NCBI RefSeq assembly: GCF_001949145.1
Contig: NW_019091360.1
Span: forward strand, 3,160,864-3,224,863
Direction: 5' to 3'
DNA length: 64,000 nt
Source of the DNA: Acanthaster planci
Taxonomy: Eukaryota
Below, piece by piece: positions 49,901 to 61,900 of this stretch. The notes below the pieces were generated by a model that saw nothing but the letters and a program-made list of their open reading frames with translations, was not told the DNA's origin and made no database searches. Within the stretch, counting starts at the first letter, position 1. Each line of letters starts with the position of its first letter. Made by a program: the position numbers and the translations under genes.

Positions 49901-52900
49901 TGTAGCACCCTGGTCTCTCCGTTCTGAAAAGAGGACAACATGACCGTCTGAATTTCTTTCAAAAAGTCTCCGTTTCGTTTTTACTGCAAAGAAAGATGCA
50001 CGTTAGCAGCGTGGTGGGAAGGAACTGGGCACATGGGGAATAACAGAACAGCATTGATGGCCGGGCATGGCATGGCAGACTGAGGGATATGGTGTTGTGG
50101 GGTAAGGCGGGGATTGGCAAGTGGAAAAGAATACACCTAGAGCAGGCTGGATTTGGCAGACGAGTGCCTGGATGGGACAGGATAGATTTGAGAAGGGTAC
50201 TGTGGGTAGGGCAGATTTGGGGGTGGGTCAGGGTGGGTTGGGGTCCTACAGAATGGGACAGAATGCACTAGGGCAGAGTGGGTGAGCAGGAGAGGGAAAG
50301 GTTGAACAGGGCAGATATGGACAGGGCAGGGCAGGCTTGGGCATGGAAGAATAGGACGGGATAGGTTCTGACGGGGAATCTCCTGGTTGTCAGGAAGCCT
50401 ACCTTCTCAAGTTCCAGTGTACGGATAGTCCACGATGGTTTGGTGACTGTATTGATGTGAGTGACAGTCACGTCATTGAAGGTTAGCTGGCTGTTGTCAT
50501 TCGGCCAGTACTGCTCAGACTTCACCTGATAATAAAAAGGTAGGATAAATAATGCTCCTGAACCGCAAGCAACTTCTCATGCTCGTGAAAATTAGTTGTA
50601 AAGTATTACCTGCTTGTTTAAAAACTAAACAGACACATTAATGACAGCTCTTAAGATTAATGTGCTCAGGAAATTCAGCTGATTGAGGATTTATTCCCAA
50701 CACCAACAGAGATCTGTAAAAGCAGACCTGCCAACATGCCGTACTCCTTCCTGAGGTCAGGCATTACCCCACACAATAGATTGAAAATTTGAATGAACTG
50801 AAGGCTGATTTAAGTACCTTTTAATCGATTGTGTGGTGATGCCTGATCTCAGGAAGGAGTACGGCTAGGTCGGCAGGTGTGTAAAAGTGCTTTATCAACC
50901 AAAGCTCCTCGACTAAATCTTTTGAGTCGTCATTCAAACAAGTGCAAGATAAAACAGCTACAAGTAGCATTTAAGTACATCACTATTAACTCCAACTCCC
51001 TAGAGTGTGTGAAAAATTCCATCAGAATTGGAGAACTGAGGACTGTTAAGGTTTTAACGGTACTCCTTGTTTGCTATTCGCTACCTGTGACTCTCAGACT
51101 TGCAAATTTTTTCCCACATATTCTTGATTTACTGCTTTCAGTTCATTTCCTTTTTCATTCTGTTGATTACCACTTTCGTGTTCAACAGTCTTTCTATTCA
51201 ATGGTTTTTGCCAACTATTTGTAGTCACTGCTTCGTTTCTTTACTACTCCATATTGACTCTTGTCACTTACCCTGGCGTTCTCCACCAGATTGGTTACCA
51301 TGACGATAGCAGCTGTCTGCTGCTCCCACACCATCTGCCAGAAGTCACTGACAGTGTTTGGCAGTGGGCCCTGGGTGGCTATGTACTCGTTGTCTTTGTT
51401 TCGTCCCTGTGTTAGTGATGTAGGGTGGAAATCAAATTCATGCATGAATAACAATTTGAGGTCAAATTTCATCACTGGAAAGGTCAGAAGTCGCTCATCA
51501 TTGAGGCCGTGGCTGTGATTATACTGCCAGCTGGTTAAGGGATTGAATCATTTACTTTTGACTGAGTCTGATGCTCCATTTTCAAGAATTCTGACTCTTA
51601 GAGTTACCTCTTTGACCAGTATTTGGCTGTGCTGTGACACTCTCTGAAAATACCATTACATGCAGAAATTACATGATTACACAAAGACATTAAGGAGTGG
51701 AACTTTAAATCCATGGGGCCTAGGAACACATGAGATAAAAGGGAGGCTGCACTGGCAAACTTCAATCTCTTTTAGGAGAGGTGGATCTGGCAAGCTCCAA
51801 CCACGTGAATGGGATTCTGTCACGAAAGAATCACAGTTTACCAACCAATCGGGCCTTTGAGCCTTTGCTTTAAAAACGCAGCTTCACTTTTATTTCAAAA
51901 TGCAAATGCCTGCAAAGGGATGAAGGGGGTTAACCACAGAACCTGTGACTTACGCTCAAGAAGCTTGCATTGATGTAGTCTGAACCGTCCATGGAGTTCT
52001 GCAACTGCACGCGATGATTGTCGTCTAGAAAATGACAGTTTGACCAAAGATGAGTCAGGTAATGTTCTAGCAGGTATTTGGGACAAAACATGAATTGAAT
52101 CTTCAACAACTAACTTGATATACAACATGGTAAAAAGATTCCCTCCAATCGGTTAATCTCTGTTTGATGACATGTTGTTTGAGGACTCTGTTGCATAATT
52201 TATGCCGTTTGCTGTGTTCATGAATAGGTTTCATCCCATTTGTCGAGCCCCTGATAGGTGGTGTGAGGTCGAGACCCCTTACGATCACCACGAGACCATC
52301 TAACAAGACATCCAGTCCAAATTCATGTCACAGGCTATCCAAATTAACTGTGCCAAAAGCATTCTTTTGTCGCCGTTCACCCTGTTACTTTGGACTGGTT
52401 TTGTGTTTCAACTACCACACTGCGGTTACGTACTCGGCAGGATGTTGCGATAGCGATTCTTGGCCATGTTCTCAGGATACTTGGACACCTTGCGGCTTTC
52501 GCTGGCTCCTTTACTCTGCAGAGACTGTGAGGAATATGGCAAAGAGAAGAATGTGAAAAATCAAGGGAAGAGTCATGGTAAACTAAGGAGCCAAAACCTA
52601 AAACCTGATAAGAATGAGATATCTTGCTCTCAATTTGAGGTCTCCATATTGCTATGAACATCGAATTCCCTTCAAATAATTTTAATAGTAAAAAGGGACA
52701 AAACTATTTCAAAACCAATTTGAAAATCCCCATTCAGTTTCCAACTGTTTCCGACCATTTCACCACAACGCAGTGTGACATGGACTGACGTCTTACCGCA
52801 TATTCCTGACTGAAGAGCTTGTTGTTATTGGCTGACAGTCGGGCCACGTGCTGAGCAAAACGATTGACCGCAATAGGCCTGGATGTTGACAGGAGACAAA

Positions 52901-55900
52901 AAGAGGGAACAGTACGCTAGCAAGTTGCCACAAATTAAGCCAATTTCGTCAAGCATAACATCAGCAAATCCAAAAACAGTCCAAGAAATAGCAGCGAGTT
53001 GGGCACAAGTAATAATTCCCCGACATCCCATTTACCCCCACAAATTTGGTCCCTGAAATGTTGATTGAACCAAACCAGTGGTGTGTTTGAGATGCTTTAT
53101 GCCCCTCACCTGTGCACTTGACTGCAATTTACTGCTTCTATTAATTATTTACAGGTTTTGAATCAAGCTAAGGATTCATTAAGCTTGTGTCCTCGAGCAA
53201 GGTACATTGCAACAATTGCAGTTCTTTGTATGTAAATGGTTTGAACCCAGCCAAGGGTTTAATGAGATTGAGTCCCTAAGCAAGGTACAATGCTGAAATT
53301 GCTTCTCTACAAGTGGCTGGTTTCAACCACGGAAAGGGTTCAGTGAGATTGTACTACTCCGCAAGGTAAACTGGTTCAATTTCTTCTTGATACCATGTGT
53401 GTGCTTGAGAGTTTGTAGCACAAAGTCAGGAAGCTGAAAAGAATTCATTCCCTCTCAGTTAAGTTCCACTTGGGGTTACAACACACCCCTCCAACTTCAG
53501 TGACCACAAGCCCCGCCCATCATTTTTCCCATCCTGTAGTGCATGGGTTTTGGTTTTTAATCGCCTGCATACCTGCTGGTGGTACTCTGCATGACTGTGG
53601 TCATCTCGTATGGATTCTCTTTCGCCTGGGCTGGGACTGGTTCTTCTGGCTGGACCACTTGTACAAGGGCAGTCTTGTCCTCATACATGGAATTCCTCGA
53701 GGGATTGCCACAGCTGCAAGGAAAAAAAATTCCATTTTTTTTAAGAGCTTTTCCATACCTTCGTTTCAGCTCTAGGTTCAGAAGATTTCACATCCTCAGA
53801 CAAGGAGAACTTTGCATTAATTTACGACTATATACTTCACGATCATTAAACACTTTGATAGGAGTCTTTTCATTTAAGTTTGGCTTGAAGGGCTTCAGAG
53901 TAATTCTTAAGGCAGCAGAGAAACCACAAAGGGAAACACAGCCAATGGCCAATGCGCCTCAAGCAGAAGCACCACTCCATCGGTTAAAAAGAGCACTGGT
54001 TGGGAATATTCGTTTCGTTGGTAGCTATGCAACTGCAATGCTTGTGTTTCCTAGTCAATCATGAACCATTTATGCGCAGTTACTGCCAAAGGAGCCTCCA
54101 TTGCTGAGGACAATCGCGCCCTCTCTTGGTCGAACTCGGGACCCACTGCGCTCCAAAATTAAGCGAAGAAAACAAAGTAAAACTTCACTTAACAAAAAAT
54201 TGACCCAAAGTGGTAATAAATTACCATCCTCTCCAAACGCAGCAGAAGACGATGAGGATGAGCAGGGTGATGATTATCAGAGCAATCAGTGGGTAGATGA
54301 ACCACATAACATCAAAACCTGCGACAAGATGGTAATAACAAGCTGATCATTTAGCACGTGCGTTTCTGATACTGAGATGACTACGGTTGACAATACAATT
54401 CGATGCAATGGTAACGCATAACACGTATCCTGTCTGTTTCTATAGGTTCAGTTCGGAAATAGGAAAGAGGGCTCTATCCACCCCAAACTGAAGTGCACCC
54501 CCAATCGGCAAAAAGAAAGACAGGTGGTTACAAACAGGTTTTTGCACGCATTCTGCGTGTACGCAAAGACCATACATGCCTGAGAAAATCCCCTTGCTAT
54601 ATTCCCTCTTCATGCTTCTGGAAGGCCAAAATGTTTTTAGAAGTAAAGCAAGTTGGTGAACCTTGCTTTCGTGACACTTACCGGTGGATATTGGATCTGA
54701 CCAGAGAGTATCAGTGTAAGTGCCATCGGCACCATAGGCACGCACAGCAAACCTGCCGAAAAGGAATGACCAGCAATTTCAAAATGAGTGAAGAGTTTTT
54801 CACAGTTGTGCCTGAAGCGCTGAGCTCCAGTGGTGCTAAAAAGAAGAAAACTAGATTTTAAACTTGGAATATTTTTGTGCCATTTTTGCCATGGTCTTTC
54901 TGAGAGAATGGTTCAAGATCATGAGACACTCAGGATTATGAAACAAAACGGTATTGTCATAGTATGCCCTTTAGAAAGCAGAACTGACTATGCTATCCAG
55001 GTTAGGAACGTCTTTAAAGTTGTTGAATTTTATTTTGTAGGATAACTTAGCACAGTCTTGTAGAAAAACATGGTATACATTGGTAAGACTTCTTTTCAAA
55101 CAACCTCTAAACAGCAAAAGTTATTGCCGGGAGACTGAAAAATGCCAGTTTAAAGGCATGCACATTGACCACAGAGCACTGTTTAACTTGGTGAAATCAA
55201 ATCATGGCGGAATCTTCTTACGCGTATGTCGAGTATGTTTTGAGGGGCCCATTGCAATAGACATTCTCTGTCGTCGGGTCGCAGCTTCTGTCGCTGCCGA
55301 CCGCGTAGTCGATGAACGTCGCGGTGGCCTGTCGTCGCTTTCGGTTGGACACGTTGATAAATGGATTGTAGCCTTCCCTTGAAGCACGGTAGGGAAGCCA
55401 GCGACTCAGGCCTTGAACAGAGGCCCATGTGCGCTCGGGCGGAATGGCGTCTGTGATGGTGCCTGTGTTATCCGCTGTGAAAAAATTCCAAAATGTATCA
55501 ATTCCTTTTTCCTGGAAGGCAATTTCATGCATGCCCAAAGTCATGTACCCGTATACATAAAAATGTCGGGGAATTTCAGCAAAGGAATTTTTGAAACATT
55601 CAAATTCTCCGTATAATACCCAATATATGGACAGAAAATGCCAGAGAGCCCACACAACAAAGATTTACAGCTGTGGTAAATATGCCTCTAGTTTGGCGAC
55701 ATCCAAAAACAGGATTCTGAAATGCAGGAATCTGGTGACCATACCTCCATATGCAAGTTCTGCAACTAGAACGGCGTACTCTAGGATGGGTCCGTATTCT
55801 TGACTGAACATCTCGTTAGACAAAGAGATGGTAACACTACGACCGGTTGGCGATACAGCATTTGAGCTTGTGATCCTATGATCTGTTGCTGGGGGCGCTT

Positions 55901-58900
55901 TATGTGAAAATAAAACCAACAAATAATAAATATTCTACAATGCGTTTCTGTGGAAGGAATTCGGTAATGACAACTTATAACGACTGAAGAAGGCAAAGAT
56001 TGTAATTCTGTTGTCTTCCAAATCTGTGACGCAAGTTCGAATCCCATCATGGTCAATACATGGATTCAATTTTGGATTCCTGCCTTGGGAAATATTTGTC
56101 TGGGTTTTCCTGCTACCTCTGAAACTAAACATTGCTTCATCTTCCTCTCCTTACAGGTGTTTTCAGGCTAGTGACGTACAGTGTCATAGGCATTCAATTA
56201 GTCCATTTCCATTTATTCTGACAAATCCAGCAGTTGGCGACTAACTCACCAGTTTCAGGGAATACCAGGGTATCTGGGAAATCAACCATCTCACTGGTTC
56301 CGACATTGTTGTTGACTGCAATGCTGAAGCGATAGCTGTTGCCCACGTTGAGGCCCGTCAGGTTGTAAGTCTGAAAACTTGCTCGTAAGATGATGCTACG
56401 AGATGAACTGTCAGCCTGCAACACGCAGGGGAAGACAGTGATAAATTAATTAATTTTCTTACTCTTCATTTCAAAGTAAGATTTTTGTTTTTCTGCAGCC
56501 TGGGGACTTCAGAATTTTCCTAATTTTGTCGATAAAAATAGTTGATAACAGCCCTGGGTATTGCAAGGCTGCCCAGTGCAGCTAAATGGGTCAAATGCTC
56601 CATACAAAAAGAAGGGGCCAGCCTATCAGGGGTAACAGCGTCAAGCAAAGTTTGATCAGTGGTTCAAAACAGCCCTAAAAACACTGACATTTTCCTGTAA
56701 GTCATTCAAAATATTCAATGGCCAGTCAACCACTGCATCTGTTAATTTATCAAAGACTTACACTGGATATGGCAGTGAATGTGAGATTATAGGACACCAG
56801 GATCCCGTATGGGAACGTGGGTGGGAGCCAGGCGACATAAGCTGTCCTTGGGCCAGTCTTGGAGACAGTGAAGTCCCTTGGAGGTGGGGGATCTGTGTAG
56901 TAGAAACAGTAAACCAGCTTGGTCGAGGATACCTAACTTGAGCACTTGGCATAGGCATCAGTTGGATAATTAATTACATGACTACAGCTTCAACACGGCC
57001 AGTATTTTGAAAAAAATGATTTGTTAAATCTCATAGGTCATTTTTATTGACATAAATGCTGCCAAAAACTGACCTAAAGAGTTGGCTGGCAATTAATAAT
57101 ATTGTGTGATACACAGCTATGCCAATTAGTCTTGCCTCGTGGAACAGAACAATCAATCTCTCATCTCATGAAATTATTTTTACCATTTTACTCATTAACA
57201 TTCATTATTGGTAAGTAATATACTATTATTTCANNNNNNNNNNNNNNNNNNNNNNNNNNNNNNNNNNNNNNNNNNNNNNNNNNNNNNNNNNNNNNNNNNN
57301 NNNNNNNNNNNNNNNNNNNNNNNNNNNNNNNNNNNNNNNNNNNNNNNNNNNNNNNNNNNNNNNNNNNNNNNNNNNNNNNNNNNNNNNNNNNNNNNNNNNN
57401 NNNNNNNNNNNNNNNNNNNNNNNNNNNNNNNNNNNNNNNNNNNNNNNNNNNNNNNNNNNNNNNNNNNNNNNNNNNNNNNNNNNNNNNNNNNNNNNNNNNN
57501 NNNNNNNNNNNNNNNNNNNNNNNNNNNNNNNNNNNNNNNNNNNNNNNNNNNNNNNNNNNNNNNNNNNNNNNNNNNNNNNNNNNNNNNNNNNNNNNNNNNN
57601 NNNNNNNNNNNNNNNNNNNNNNNNNNNNNNNNNNNNNNNNNNNNNNNNNNNNNNNNNNNNNNNNNNNNNNNNNNNNNNNNNNNNNNNNNNNNNNNNNNNN
57701 NNNNNNNNNNNNNNNNNNNNNNNNNNNNNNNNNNNNNNNNNNNNNNNNNNNNNNNNNNNNNNNNNNNNNNNNNNNNNNNNNNNNNNNNNNNNNNNNNNNN
57801 NNNNNNNNNNNNNNNNNNNNNNNNNNNNNNNNNNNNNNNNNNNNNNNNNNNNNNNNNNNNNNNNNNNNNNNNNNNNNNNNNNNNNNNNNNNNNNNNNNNN
57901 NNNNNNNNNNNNNNNNNNNNNNNNNNNNNNNNNNNNNNNNNNNNNNNNNNNNNNNNNNNNNNNNNNNNNNNNNNNNNNNNNNNNNNNNNNNNNNNNNNNN
58001 NNNNNNNNNNNNNNNNNNNNNNNNNNNNNNNNNNNNNNNNNNNNNNNNNNNNNNNNNNNNNNNNNNNNNNNNNNNNNNNNNNNNNNNNNNNNNNNNNNNN
58101 NNNNNNNNNNNNNNNNNNNNNNNNNNNNNNNNNNNNNNNNNNNNNNNNNNNNNNNNNNNNNNNNNNNNNNNNNNNNNNNNNNNGGGGTAAGGGAAAAACC
58201 TTTTATAAAAAATTAAACATCTCCACAACGCAAAAAAAAAAAAAAAAAAAAAAATACATCTTGAAAATAGAAACTAACGACAACAAGTTTAACATTCTCT
58301 AATTGTTTGAAAATATTTCTGCTTTCAATTTGTTATTGTTGTTAATGTCAAATGCACTCTTCTACATTCACCTGAATTATGAAACAGCCTTAGAAAGGAA
58401 AAAGTTAATTCCTCAAATAACCCCAAACACTGCCATCCAGTGCTTGGGGCCTCACAGCAATGGTTTTTACATCTCTGACTATTTGGACTCCTTTCTGATT
58501 TCAACTTGTTCTTGTTGTTACTGTGATAGCAAACTTGACTCACGTGTTCGATACATGCTGGTGACCACGTCGCTTTCTCTTTCGACAAACTGTGCCCCTG
58601 CCTCTGTGGAGACAACCTGACGGCTGATGGCTTTGATCGTGAATGTGTAGTCCGTGCTGGGGCTCAGCCCAGTGATCGACAGTTCAGGGGAGGCGTCGTG
58701 GGTAACTCTCAAGGGCGGGTCAGCGACGGGATTGACGGGCACCGGCGTGTAGTCAATCACATACTCGGTGACCTCCCCAGGGGATGTGGCCCAAGCCAGC
58801 TTGATCTGTGTGGCTCCGATATCAGGCGGCTGGAACGACGGTGATGCGGGTCCTGAAAGATTTGGAAAATGACAAATGGCAGAATAACATATGAGGAGTA

Positions 58901-61900
58901 TGATGAGGAATTATCAGAAAATCGGTCCAAAGGATTGGGAATAAAAGAATAAAGCATGTCAACCAAGAAGTGAGGGATAAAGTCACAACTTCAACATCAG
59001 GGGAAAACAAAATGGTGAAAATCACATTCAGTAAAGATTTTAAAATACAGAGAGACAATGAAGATGACAAACACAGAAAGCAAGGCAAAGAAATGAAGAC
59101 AGAGGCCATGAGGATGCCAAACCGCGACTCAAAATAAAAATAATAAAGAAGCCTTTCTCTGTGCTGCCTTGACAGCGTTACTTCATGGGGCTTGAAATAC
59201 AAATTTCACTGCATATAAAGGAGGTGCACTGGGGTATAACACATTAGGCATGCCCCAAGGGGTGCGGAAAAGGGGCATCTCTTCCCCTTCCCCCCCCACC
59301 CCAAAAAAAGCAATCAACAAAAGAAAAAGCACGAAACACAGGAAGAGGGAGGAAAGGGGATGCAAATCACTAAGTTTCTTGAAAATACCTCAGAATGTGT
59401 CTCGTTTTGATCATTCATGATTTATCGGTTTGCTGCTGAAGACCGCTTTGTCCCCCTACGGGAAAAAATCCCGCCCCTCTTCCCCCAGACAAAAAAATCC
59501 TGGCAATGCCCATGCAACGCACTCTTGGCTTGGGAGGTTATGAAAAGAAAAAGTGACTGGCCGTGGAAGCTAAGGTTAACATGAAAGTCCTTCACAGCTT
59601 TAAAAAACAAAGCAAAACTGATTAAAAGCACGGTGTTCTTATTAAGTTCAACTTACTAGTGACAAACATGGCCTGGGAGGCATCACTGGTAACTTCGGCA
59701 ACCTGTGGCGGATCGACAATGGTCGAAACCCGGACCGTGTAGACACGACCCGGCACCAGGCCAGGGCCGAGGTTGATTATGGAGGTGGTGGCAGGGTAGT
59801 CTAGTAAGGAACAAGGAAAGAATGTAGCTTCCAATAATGTTCACAATCTCAGATTATTAAAATGTTGCTCTTGACAAAAATGTTCACAACCTAGATAAAA
59901 AAAACTGCAAACTGGAAAACTATGCAATTTGAATTATATAGTGTCATGACAGCAAGAGAACTTTGCATATAGGTTTTAAATATTTCACAAATACTGCAAC
60001 ATTATTTTCAAAGAAATCACCATTTCGGAAAATGTCAATTTCTATAAAAGCTGAGGTAAACCTGTTCCATTTCAAACTTTTGTCAATCAAGTTTACTGTG
60101 GCTAAATTTGATTTCAAAGATGGAACCGTTTTTTGTTTTTAACTTTCTCCAATTTTCTAGGAACTGCAGGAAAGTGGAGTTGCTTACCCCTTGGGAAAAA
60201 GCGTGGGTCATCAGGGATGAGGTCAACACGATAGCCTGTGATTGGCTGACGGAAGTCAGCTGGCCCCTGCCATGTGACACGGGCACTGGTAGTACCTGAG
60301 CCAATCAGCTCCACACGGACATTACGTGGTATGAGTGGGCCTGTAGAATGGACCAACAAGAAAAGCTCTAGAGTCAACTGATTACATACATGTATATACA
60401 TCACTAGACATACGGTAAGGCAGGTATCTCAACATCTAGCTTATAGACAGCACTTCAATGGATATTCTGTACTTGGGCCGTTTTCCAGTACTCAACTTCG
60501 GCTCCGTCTCTGGCTTCAACTGTTTTTACTACCTGACTTTGAATCTGTAAGCCTACTAATTAGTTTAATAGTGCCGAAAACATCAAATAAGATGCAAGAG
60601 AGCAAAATTTTACAGTAATTCAATTTGATTTAAAGGCTTCAGGCCCACAATCGGGGATTGGTTTCGAGGACGAAGCCTGAGACAGAGACGAAGTTGAATG
60701 TTGAAAAACGGCCTTGATCTGTGAATTTCAATTTTAGTCCAAATAGTCCTTATTTCTGACTTCTCATTATTATCAAATATGGATCCACCTTCTCTTAATT
60801 GATTCATTTCCCAAAACTACTTCAGACTTGCAGTAACTCATCATCCCACCCCCTCACGAGTTAAAAAAAATTTTTAGAGGCAGTTCAAAATGTTTGGGGG
60901 TGAATGTAGATCACATTGCATGATTTTTCCGGAAAAGAATTGCAGATTTTTTGGTAAAATGGAGGATAGCCTATCCTTTTGGGCCTAACGGGCTTTTGGC
61001 TTTTTCCCCTTTGAGAATAACTTTGTTTTTTTAAGATTGTCCGAATGGGCTTTATTTTTGAATGATTGAATTTATGAGCCCCGAGCTGGGCCAAGAGAGG
61101 GCGTAATTTTCCAGTAACGAAGGCTCCTTTAGTTGGAAATGCACTTCGCTGGTTCACAGATGACCATGAATGAGTTACGGGCGCGTCGCTACCAGTGAAA
61201 TGAATATACCCAGCCAACACGGCTCTTTTCAGCTTATTTTTTTAATCATATCTGTTCATCCAACAAGGCATTTAGTGCCAATTACGGGATGATAATGAGT
61301 GAAGAAGACAATGAGGAAATGTTCAGTTTTTGAGGTGGGAGGAAAACCCGGTTAATTGTTTCGGAGAAACCCACTGACTCTGTTAGGGACTGAAAACCCA
61401 ATCCGCATATGGACCAAGCTGGATTCAAACTCAGGCCTCCAGAGGTGGAAGGGGAGCAAAGAACAATATACCAATCTCAACCAATAGAGGGGGCAATTCT
61501 GCTCAATGTGGATAGATGCTGCCCTGATTACAAATTGTGTAAGTCAGCAAATCTTCAATATTTCTTGCAATATTTTAATTTAGGGTTTTGTCAATAAAAA
61601 TGGAGGATCACACCCCCTTCCATGATTTAGCCTCACTTACGAGTAGCAACGTAAATTCTCTCTCGATCACTGGTTTCCTGTCCACTTTGTGTGACCACAT
61701 CAACGGTGTACAGTTCACCAGGATCCAAACCAGACATTGTTGTGGCTTGTAGCTGACCACTACCTGCACCTGTGTCAGGGTGAAATAATGACAGCCAAGG
61801 TTAGTCTCTTTTCAAGGAATAAAACATGCATCTCAGTTTGAACGGGATACTGCAACAGCACCCAGCATGCCAGAAGTGTTGTCTGAATTTTGACTTTTTG

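Noticed and set aside
18091..58302. Long ORFs in the track spanning X runs (e.g. 18203-19117, 23344-24304, 48550-49502, 57188-58302)
   Set aside because: Artefacts of translating through N gaps.
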